64,000 bases of DNA from the human T2T-CHM13v2.0 reference genome, Homo sapiens: the NCBI RefSeq assembly GCF_009914755.1, contig NC_060930.1, one strand, 5' to 3'. The notes under the pieces were generated by a model. It saw only the letters and a list, made by a program, of their open reading frames with translations. It was not told the DNA's origin and searched no databases. The position numbers and the translations under genes are program-made. Below, one piece after another: positions 16,440 through 31,675 of this stretch. The first letter of the stretch is position 1. Each line of letters opens with the position of its first letter.

Positions 16440-17360
16440 TTGCAAAGCAATAAAAGCAAAGGCAGTTTTGTCATGGTGAGCTACTTCTTGCAGGAGTCAG
16501 GATCTGCATCTGCAGACTATACAAAGACAAACAACACAGATTAAAAGCACAATCATCATTGAAATCACAGAGCTTCCAACTGTTTTTATCCATTTTAATG
16601 GGTTACTAGCTGCTAATCTGTCTGCAGCTCCTTCAAGCACTCCAGTTCCTGGCATTAAGGTCAGGTGTACCTGGGATGCTTTAAATATTTGTTCTTTTAA
16701 TTTTGCAATATCCAAAGACAAGTTTGTGGAGTGTCCTTCTAGATGCTTTTTTATTCTTTCCCAAATTTTGATCTTATTAAGAGCCATTAATAGTTTCCAC
16801 AAATCCTTATGTTTAGCTTCTACAACAGGCCATATCATTTGAGGTTGAGGTGCCACTATACCACCGTAATTCCAGATAGTAGGAACTCTTGCTGTACTTC
16901 TTATCATTTCTACCATCTGACCGTTTTGTTCAGACCATCTGAACATAGTGTGACCGTGGCATGCAGACTGAGAGGTGCAATTCAAGCTAAACATCCCCTT
17001 AGGGGATCAATCAATAATGATTCCATAGGAATCATTGTGCAGCACCTCTGCCTGTTCTGCAATGCAATCTTTCTAAACAAGTAAGTTCATTTTTTTCTGG
17101 CCAGGTTCAATTTTGTTTACAAAAAGATTTTTGAGGGTGGAATGCCTTGATTATGGGAGCATTTTTATTGTAAATACTGAGATCAGAAAGCATGTGTAAC
17201 TGCGTCATAGAGTAATTACATTGAGGCATTATTACCGGCCAAGATTGATAAATATGCCCAATAAGGATAATTGTTCTCTGTGTCAGCCCTTGTTGAAGGA
17301 ATACTCACGGCAGTGGTGATCACCGCTCTCATAACTACCATTAAGTTACTCATTGTGACA
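16440..17360 (-). pseudogene. env: HML-3 env remnant (SU fragments and TM C-terminus)
   Basis: ORF 16497..16994: WERIKKHLEGHSTNLSLDIAKLKEQIFKASQ, NPLKWIKT and a hydrophobic anchor MMIVLLICVVCLCIVCRC, typical of betaretrovirus-like TM. Confidence 0.88.
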
Positions 17361-17364
17361 GGTT

Positions 17365-18256
17365 TTCAAACCTTGCAAATTTTTTTCTAGTCCCAAACCA
17401 GGGACATACCCATTTCATGCATCATATGTTGACTTTGAGGGCTATATAATTGTTCTGGAATTAGAACTTGTGCTCCGCACTGTTGTAATAAATCTCTCCT
17501 CCATAAATTTATAGGTACAGAAGTTATAATTGGTTGAATAGTCCCAGGTTGTCCATCGGGCCCTTCACAATGCAAAATATAACCACTTTGATATGCTTCA
17601 GGGGCTTTACCAACTCCAACTATGTTAAATTGAGCGGGTTGAATTGGCCACGTGGACAGTCAGTGCTGTAGAGAAACGATTGAAATGTCCACTTCTGTGT
17701 CTACCAAACCTTTAAATTTCTTTCCCTGAATAGTTATTTCACAGGTATGACGTTTATCAGTAATTTGATTTACCCAGTAAGCTGCTTTGCCTTGTTTATT
17801 TGTGCTTCCAAATCCTCCTGTTTGTTTAATTTCACTTTTTACCATTCCCACATATGGCACAATCAGGAGCTGTGCTATTCGCTCTCCTGGCTCTGCTTTC
17901 CAGGGAACAGAAGTAGATATAACAATTTGAATTTCCCCATTGTAATCTGAATCAATGACTCCTGTATGTATTTGTACCCCTTTTAAATGTAAACAAGACC
18001 TGCCTAGAAGTAATCCTGTCGTCCCCGCTGGCAAGGGTCCACAGACTCCTGTTGGGACCTTTTGCAGGGGTTCCTCAGGCAGAAGGCTCACAGCTTTTGT
18101 GCAGCATAAATCTACTGGGGCACTACCGGCTGTGGCGGGGGACAGACATTGTACAGGGGTGAGGGAATGGTCTGAGCTGGAAATGCCCTGGTTTGGAATG
18201 GGGCCCAGGATGGGCCCCTCATGGCGTTTCCCGAAATCGGGTTCCCATCGTGACAC
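17365..18256 (-). pseudogene. pro: HML-3 dUTPase-protease (pro) remnant with C-terminal G-patch-like tail
   Basis: dUTPase motifs GVIDSDYNGEI, ERIAQL, GGFGST; protease active site degenerate (GLVDTEVD instead of DTG), INLWRRDLL, YSPQSQHMMHEMG. Confidence 0.9.
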
Positions 18257-18952
18257 TGATTAGCCCAGTGTTTTCCTTTTCTACATTTTGGACATATTTC
18301 AGACTCAGCAGTTTTCTTTTTTCCCCTATCTGGCAGCCTGACTCGCTGATTTTTTCTACATTCTTTTTTAGTATGCCCATGCTTCTCACAGTTAAAACAA
18401 GCTCCAGGAAGTGGAGTATTTCCTTTATCCACTCAGTACTGCTGTTGCCTGTGCTAGCAGAGTAGCCTTATGCAGATTACCTCCGATACCATCACAGGCC
18501 TTGATATAATCGACTAAATATGCTTTCCCGAATTTAAAAGGAAAAGGCTCAAATGTAGCTATAATATTTCCCTGTTGATCTGCGGGGTGTATTCTAACAG
18601 GGAACTGCCAAGCCTCTAAATCACCCTCTCATCTAACTTGCTGAATTCCTGCCTGAATAAAACTAAGAGCGGTTATTCAAGGCGCTGCTTGAACAGTCAC
18701 TGAGGCAACTACTTTTCGCCCAGTGTCCTCTGGAAAGGAAAGATCTGGAGGGTCAGGCCACTCTTTTTCTTTAACATAATAATGAGGGGATGCAGAAGGG
18801 TAGACATGAACCTCTCCCTCCTTTGCCGCTTTAGCTGGCAAACAAACCTGCTCTGTAACCTCTTCTGTTACTTCGTTGTACTCTCCTTCCTCCTCATCAT
18901 TAGTGTGAAAGTGTTCCAAGGTGGAACGAACCAGAGCCCACACTTGTGCCAC
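18200..18952 (-). pseudogene. gag: HML-3 gag remnant (MA fragment, CA largely deleted, NC with two zinc knuckles)
   Basis: ORFs 18677..18952 and 18112..18432; CFNCEKHGHTKKEC and CPKCRKGKHWANQC CCHC knuckles; disrupted by stops and frameshifts. Confidence 0.88.
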
Positions 18953-19083
18953 TGTTACCCTGATGCTTCTGAGCTCCCCTTCTTACTCACCACGGGGTTG
19001 GCTTTAAGAGTACTCGAGTGTCCTCCAGCTTAGTTCCACGTTCTCCAACCGTCGCTCCGGTGACCCTTCGACCTGGATTCGAG

Positions 19084-19101
19084 CCCCCGTGATGGACGCC
19101 A
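19084..19101 (-). promoter_or_regulatory. Primer binding site, tRNA-Lys(CUU)-like
   Basis: TGGCGTCCATCACGGGGG starts 2 nt after the 5' LTR; resembles the Lys1,2 PBS TGGCGCCCAACGTGGGGC. Confidence 0.8.
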
Positions 19102-19103
19102 CT

Positions 19104-19604
19104 TGCCAAGACCAGCTCAGTGCTAACCCAGTGGTGCTAGAGGAATTAAAGGCGCACACACAGAAATATAGAGGTGTGGAGTGGGAAATCAGGAGTCTCA
19201 CAGCCTTCAGAGCTGAGAGCCCCGAACAAAGATTTACCCGCGTATTTATTAACAGCAAGCCAGTCATTAGCATTGTTTCTATGGATATTAGATTAACTAA
19301 AAGTATCCCTTATGGGAAACAAAGGGATGGGCCGAAATAAATGGATGGGTTTGGCTAGTTATCTGCAGCAGGAGCATGTCCTTAAGGCACAGATTGCTCA
19401 TGCTATTGTTTGTGGTTTAAGAACGCCTTTAAGCAGTTTTCTGCCCTGGGTGGGCCAGGTGTTTCTTGCCCTCATTCTGGTAAACCCACAACCTTCCAGC
19501 CTGGGTGTTATGGCCATCACATGTCACATTGCTGCAGAGATTTTGTTAATGGCCAGTTTTGGAGCCAGTTTAATGGCCAGATTTTGGGAGGCCTGTTCCC
19601 AACA
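19104..19604 (-). repeat. 5' LTR (MER9) of HML-3 provirus
   Basis: Minus strand begins TGTTGGGAACAGGCC and ends GGTCTTGGCA; followed by the PBS; about 93% identical (hand count) to the other LTR. Confidence 0.93.
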
Positions 19605-19689
19605 GGTTTCTTCCCTCAAAATGGTTAATATAGAATGGGCTTTCCCTGATACATTCTAACAGAGAAGTGGCTTTCTTTTCATATTTTAA

Positions 19690-21700
<2,011 letters not shown>

Positions 21701-22771
21701 TAAATGCAGACTTTTGTTTAAATGTCTCCAAATTTTGTCAAACACATATTGAACACTTAACTGTGTGTAAACCAAGGATTGTGAATGTACGCTATGAATA
21801 AGACATGGTCTCTATGCGGAGGAAGTTTAAATTGAAGCATGTACCACTGTTTAGTATTAATTTGCTTTTATATCGTATACCTGTATATTTTAAAATAGCA
21901 ATATTTTGCTTGATCTTTAGTCAAAACCCTTGACATGGGAAGTTGAAGAGTTCCTAGAAAACTTTGCTTTCCCCTGGTTTCAAGGTTCCCACTGATTCCA
22001 CTTCGATCTTTTTTCACAGTTTTCTCATGTTTTCAAGCAGTCCTCATCTTAATCTTAACAAGTCATCTAACTTTATGGAGTTTTCTCATGCCCCTTTAAA
22101 GCCATATTGTGACTTTTAATGTTCCAAATTTGACTGACCTTTCATTTACTCTTTGCGATCTGATGCTATATCCTTTCCAAGATGACACCTTCCTAGAATA
22201 ACAGTAATTAATATATTTATATTTTTAATCTTTGCCTTATTTGCAAATTTAATATCTGAAACCGCTCTCTAGGATATTATTGAAGAAAAACAAACATTAA
22301 ATATTCACCTCCTCAGTATATATCTAAACTTATCCCTAATTTATAATGTTGATTGAGCTTTTGGTAATTTTGTGTGTATAGGTGTATGTATCCTCCATTA
22401 CATACACAAATTTGCAGTGTGATGATGTTATAAGACAGTCATATTATAGTTTTTACCTCATAATCATCTTTTTCTTAAAGTTATTACTAATATTTGGTGG
22501 ATTTTTAAATATATGTATGCTATTTCAAAAATCTTTTAGAATAAATAAGTAAAAGTACATAAACAAATAGCTCTGACCTTGAAAAAAAAAACAATTCTTT
22601 AAACCAACTGATATCTTCATTTTGTCATTTATAGAATCCAGTTTTTAAAAACTATTTATAATCTTCTATTTTCTCAAAATTACATTATAAGTAATTATCT
22701 TTTTATTTTATAAAAGCAAAAATGAACCAAATGAAACAATGAAGTTCTTAGACGCTTTTCTATTTCCACAG

Positions 22772-22789
22772 GTTGCTATCACATACAAA
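22772..22789 (+). CDS. FAM135A: Candidate 18-nt FAM135A microexon (phase 2->2)
   Basis: cttttctatttccacag|GTTGCTATCACATACAAA|gtaaga; length is a multiple of 3, reads LLSHTN without a stop in the gene frame. Confidence 0.55.
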
Positions 22790-23021
22790 GTAAGAAATAT
22801 TATATGTATTGTATCTGTTCCTTTCATTTATCTTTATATATACTGGGTTTCTCTTTTGGTTTTATGCCATGTTTATATTTGATATGTAAGCCTGATTTTT
22901 TTTTTCCAACAATAGTAAATGTTATGGGAGACTGATATAATTAGGCCAACTTTATTATTTTAATATGGATACAAATGTGGAAGTCGGGGCATTGCATATT
23001 TTTAAATATGTTTTGAAATAA

Positions 23022-23156
<135 letters not shown>

Positions 23157-23961
23157 TAATCTGAATGGTCAATAACTTTTAATAAAGTTTTTTCATTACA
23201 GATATAAGATACCTGTAATGGTATAACATCATTATGATAACCATTGTAAGAAATATATTTGGGGACTCAGTGAAACAGATTTGATTACAGATACTCTGTC
23301 TCCTTCTTAGATTTCATACAATGAGCACATCAAAGAATGTATATTAAAGTTTCATGAAAACAAATGTAGGATTGGTATCCATTATATCATATAAGATGCA
23401 ATCTAAAAAGATACGCAGTAAATGGGAACATATAATTTGACTTATGGTTATAAAGGTGTTTTATGATAAAGTTTTATGGTATGCATTTTGAGGACATTTT
23501 TTAAACCAATTTTTTTTTTCTGGATTAGGTTCTCTATTTATGAAACAGAGCCAAAAGGCAATGTAGGAAGGTATGAAATAGACATGTTACAGCAGCTTTG
23601 TTAGTTACTCATATTCTAAGGAGAGACACCAGCATTAAAGGGGTTAAGTTAAAACTGGTGGCCCTGACATAATTAGTGGTCATTTTTCAGCTTTCCCAAT
23701 GCAATATATGCTGTTTCATTACATATAGTTAGAAAATGAACCAGTTAATGAAACATTCTAAAGAGTTATTATGTAAGCCTAATATGAATTACTAGTTTTT
23801 AAAGCACCATAAAAATAATAAAATACACCTAACACTAGAGCTATGCTGAGCATAATTCAGTCCATTTTGAAATTTTAAAAAACTTGTTGGGTATTTGAAG
23901 TGTTTAGGATTCTCTTTTTATCATACTATGGATACTAAAATGTTGGTTAATGTTAAATTTT

Positions 23962-25841
<1,880 letters not shown>

Positions 25842-25932
25842 TAATGTTAAATTTTAATGAATTATACATAGTGTAGAGTTTATCTTCCTGAAGACTATTA
25901 AAATGCTCACAGAGGTCTGTTGCTTATGACAA

Positions 25933-25968
<36 letters not shown>

Positions 25969-26006
25969 ATATATACATGTGTATGTGTGTGTATATGTAT
26001 ATATAT
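25933..26006. repeat. (CA)16 plus TA/TG compound microsatellite
   Basis: Direct reading. Confidence 0.95.
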
Positions 26007-26411
26007 TTTGTATATTCATTCATCTTAAAATGAAAAAGAATTTATTCTTCGCTTGGCATACATGTCAATGTATATATTATTGCCATAATAGATCATCTTT
26101 TGTAAGTCTACTTTCACGAAACATAGAGGTAATAAAACAAGGTGACATGACATGACAGATTTGGTGTACTCTTTTGAACATCCTTGAATCTAGTAGACTA
26201 GATTTCTAGCTCAGTTTTTTCTCCTGAAGTTGCCAGTTGAGAAAATCCTCAGATTTTAGTTGGTGAGATATCTTTCAAGATGGCAAGATACTTGACATAT
26301 ATTCCACAAGGTTAAATAGTCTAACCACTTTTAAGTAATAAATTTTAAAGATATGTTTGTTCCTTATTATTAAAGTTTCGAGAGAAATAATGTCAAACCT
26401 ATGAATATTAA

Positions 26412-26675
<264 letters not shown>

Positions 26676-29600
26676 TAATTCTTAACCACTAAAGTTGTCC
26701 TTGTATAATTCTCAGCAAATGATTGATTCAAATACCCAAAAGGAAGTATGCTAGAAGAAAACATTTGCTGATTTCTTAATTTCAGTTACTATATAGTCTT
26801 ACTTGTATCAAACCCAACTATCTCCTTGTTATGTCAGGCATGATTTCTCCATTCTTTCATTATTCCTTTTCTGAAACAATAGATTTAGAAGTTCTTTACA
26901 TTTACAAATGAAACATTTTAAATCATTGAGTTAATCATTAATCATTTAGCATTTCTCTGTATCATACAGAGAATTGTTTCTACTTTGTTTTTCGCAGATT
27001 CCAAATAATTACCTCAGAGGACTGGAAATTTTAACTGTGCTTGGTTATTACAAATCAATTCCAAGAAAGATTTTGAATGTCAGAATTATTCTTTGGGAAT
27101 AATGACTAGTGGACAAAAGTATCATTTGAAAATAAAATCTTATTGGTTAGATTTTTAGGTTGGTGTAAAGGATATAATTAAGTGTCACAATATTTAATTT
27201 GGTTGATGTGTTTCATTAAAGACTATTTTCTTCATAATGTTAACTTACTCCTCAAGTGACTTCCTCTTTTAGTAGTAAGTTACCTTGCCCTAACTTTATG
27301 GAAATATTTCTCTACCTCTGCTTATTGACTTGTGAGCTCAGGATAAGGAAGGGCATCAAAAATAAATTGTGAAAAGATTTAACAGTAACCCCTGATTACT
27401 CTTCCTGGTCCAGTGGCCCTTGAGTGACTGTGCTTGCTGCTACTTGTATTACAGTTCAGTCAGGAGCACCCTTTTCAGGCGTGGTAGTGGCATTATCTTG
27501 GTTAACAATAGTTTAGAATTATGACTCTGGGCAGGAACCTCAGAATCTATTCATTGCAGTGATCTAAAGTCAGGTGTGTCATTCAGCAACTTCTGGACCT
27601 TTAAGAACACTTTTTATCCTGATAACTCAGAGTGGATGCTGTGTTTTAAAGAACACAGATATACTTTATGGCAACAAGGAAATGTCCTTTCTGTGTTTTC
27701 ATAGCATGTCACATCTTACAGATGTTTTTCCAAGGCTTTTTGAGTGTTTTGTCTTTAGTAATTTATGAGCTAAATACATGACTGATACATTTTCTGTCAG
27801 TGACTATTTACTGCAGCAACTGAGCTTTCAAATCTAGTGAGTGTTCATTTATTATTATATTTGATAGTGACAGGGTGGTGCTACAGACTCAGTCAAGATT
27901 CTTTCCGTACGTAGTTTCAGGGCACGAAATCATTCCGCCTTTATTAGGTTACACCTAATCTGTGCATTAACAATGTGAATATTGTGATATTTGTATTTAG
28001 CCTCATCTTATACAAGAAACGTCTTCCATCTGACATTTTATTTTCCAAATGAGTATGTTTGTTCAACATTGTCAGTTTTACCTTTACTCACCAGAAAAGT
28101 GGACATTTTATAGCTGCTCAGTCCCTTCTTTGTCTTTTGAGAGAAAAAAAATTCTAGAAAAGATAAAAATGAATTTATTTTATGGACAACCCTATTTGAA
28201 CCAAGTTCCTTGATCACTATTCTTCATCAACTAAATACTGGTTGGAAAGGATTTATCTTCTATAAAAATTAACAGAAGTTATAATTCAATCTCTAGGTCA
28301 TTGGTATGGCAGAAATATTACATATAATTAATGTTATTTACAAAGTAATGTTATTTTGACATGACAAACTGTGTCAGAAATGCCCAAATAGAGTACCTTC
28401 TCTTAGTCTTTTCCTGGGTACTTAATTTTTTTTTCTTAGTTATGTCTAGATTTAATCATTGCTGCTGCCAACTAAGTTTCTAGGTTCTGATACGATCAGT
28501 TGCATATAATAGACTATGAAATGTAGTGATCTGATAGTTTACTAGTATATTTAAAGGAAATATCTTTTAAAAATAAATAGTTTGTGGCAGACACCAGTCT
28601 ATAAAAGGGAAGCCTGAGTTTGAAAATGATAGGCTTCCATATTATATAATATGTGAAAATCTCACATATGTGAAAATATTATCTGTGTATTTTTTAATAG
28701 CATTATACTAGAAGTTTTTAGAAGATTATATACTTTTAGTTAAATGATAGCAGCCAAAATAGCAAGCACAAGAACCAAATTTTGGACAGAAGAAGAAAGA
28801 AATACATAAAATCTCTTTCACCCTTTTTTCTCATTCTCTTTCAAAATAGCAAATTTTACCTGTCATGTCTGAAATGTGCTAACAAATATGACTTCTCAAG
28901 ATCTTTCATATTTCAAATATTATATCAATGTATTTTATTTTTAATTCTCTAATTTATGATAACTTGTTTTTCTTGTTTGTGGTTTGCAAAGATATGTGCA
29001 AAGCCTTTCCAATAAAGTGGCTCTGAACAAATTGTGAGACATGCTGTTTTTCTCCTGCCTGACACTATTCCCAACATGATTACCTTGTATGTATAGGTAA
29101 CAACCTTTCCATAGCTTTTGAATGTTGTTTCATCCTCTGGGCACCTGTGGTAAGGTAAATCTGGTAAAGTATCAAGTATTTCATGCCAGTTTACCCCAGA
29201 ATAGCCTCTATCTTATTAAATGTTAAATTAATATGAATATCATAGAGGATAGTGATTGATGGGATGTGGTGACTTATGACATGCGTCTCACAAGTGTTAG
29301 TTTGAAACAAAATAATGTTCTTCTGTCTAGATGCATTTCCTCCCCAGCAGTCTGAAAAAACAAGGCAAAGAAGGCTGCCAACTTATTACAATCTTTGAGA
29401 TATTGTTTCTGCCTTCTATATCCTTCCCTCAAAATTTCATTTTTCAGTAGTACTAACGAGTTCTTACAGTGTGTATCTTTTCACTATTAGTAAATTATTA
29501 AGGAAAGGTATCCTTTTCTGCCTCAAGAAATTGCTCCCATGTATTTAACTGACTTTTAATAAATAAATATATTGATTCCTAGTCTTATCCTTGAACATAA

Positions 29601-30300
29601 ATAGCTTTATATAGGATGATTTTCTTTTATCCTTTGTGTTAATTTTTTACCTCTGTTCCTTAAAAATTCATTTTTTCTTTTAAGGGCTTGGATTTTTCTC
29701 TATGCTTTTTATTACCTGCTCTATTTTTCTTTTAACTTTGATTCGTACTTTCATCTTAATACCTTTTCCTTCCAGCGCTAAATTTTACCATAATTCGTAT
29801 ACCTTCTGTATATTTTGAGAAAACTTTTAGGAAAAATAGTTTAAAATAATGATTTCTGTCTGTGAGTTACAGTGGAGCAGGTTGAGTGGGATGGGAATTA
29901 GATAGTATTATACAGCTTATTGCCATACATTTACATTATTTCCAGCACAAGATTATGCTGACAGTGAGAGGTTCGAGTCAGGAAATATCTGTCATCTGCA
30001 ATAACATCAGTCATGAAAGACAATGAGTATTTATAGAACTGTTGAAAATTGATTGGTAAGAAAAGCATTCATAGACTTTTACAACAGAGAAGTCATTGCT
30101 GGTTTTAGGAATCTGGCTCCAGTTTGAAATGTTATGCAGTTTTCATAAAAAGTTTAAATAATGACATCCTAGTAATGATAGTATTATTAAGATTAAATGT
30201 ATTTTGTTTAGTTTGCTTTTTAATATTCATCCATCTTTTTTTCTGGAAAAAAATTTTTTATCAAAATAATATACAGCATATGGTTAAAAGATCAATTAGT

Positions 30301-30603
<303 letters not shown>

Positions 30604-31316
30604 TTAGCCCAGAAAGACTTGTAGTAAAAACTATAGCTTGTTTTCTAGATGTAACAACTTTTACCCGTGTCTCTAGTCCTTATGGTTACCTCCATAGGGA
30701 CATTGTCAATGGACTTCCTGTTATGATAAAAAGACTATTTATCTTATTTACACCATTTCCTCGTTCCCTCTCCCCCAACCTTTTAAAAGAGATACTGTTA
30801 TTCTCATATGTGTTTCTGACCAGTCTCTGTAGCTTCAAACAGTATATTTAAAGCTCCATTTTCTACTTCAGTGATCATGACAGACTTCTTATTTTGAAAT
30901 AAGGATATAAACAGTCCCACCATTTTTTTCTTCTCAAATTTTCTCTCTTTCTACCTTCCAAACTCTGTTGGAATTATCAAGGTTGCTGACATTCATATCC
31001 TGTTTTGTAACTAGTTAAATCTTTTGTCCTTTGTCTATTGGTTGGTTCTAAAGGTTGAAAACAAGTATTTGCACTTTGGTGGTAACACAAGAAGGAAAGG
31101 GTTTCTAGAATCGAAATGACTATCCAACATAAAGAAGGAAGATCATAAGCGTCCAGTAAGACAATTAAGGCAGGTCTAGTTACTTTGGTATTGATGTGGA
31201 TCACTGTTAGATAGCTAGCTAAGAATATTTTTCTGAAAACCGATAAAACCATTTATGAGATGGGAAACATGAACTAGTGTGACCAAGAGCAAGAAGGAAG
31301 AATTTAAGAAAAGAAG

Positions 31317-31675
<359 letters not shown>

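Larger units (their letters stand above)
15910..19604 (-). mobile_element. HERV-K(HML-3)/HERVK9 provirus, internally deleted, two MER9 LTRs
   Basis: Direct-repeat LTRs with TG..CA ends, 6-bp TSD GGTTTC (15904-15909 and 19605-19610), Lys-type PBS, PPT, and gag/dUTPase-pro/env remnants on the minus strand. Confidence 0.95.

Noticed and set aside
15730-19659. Paired similar + strand ORFs (e.g. 16121..16438 and 19312..19659) suggesting a duplicated gene
   Set aside because: They are antisense readings of the two MER9 LTRs.
26980-27280. Acceptor ttgtttttcgcag (26997) with gtaagt at 27275
   Set aside because: 277-nt AT-rich interval with stops and weak exonic donor bases; indistinguishable from a chance pseudo-exon.
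29100-29170. Three stacked donor-like GTAA sites after tttccatag
   Set aside because: Implied exons of 35, 40 or 49 nt are not frame-preserving and have no other support.
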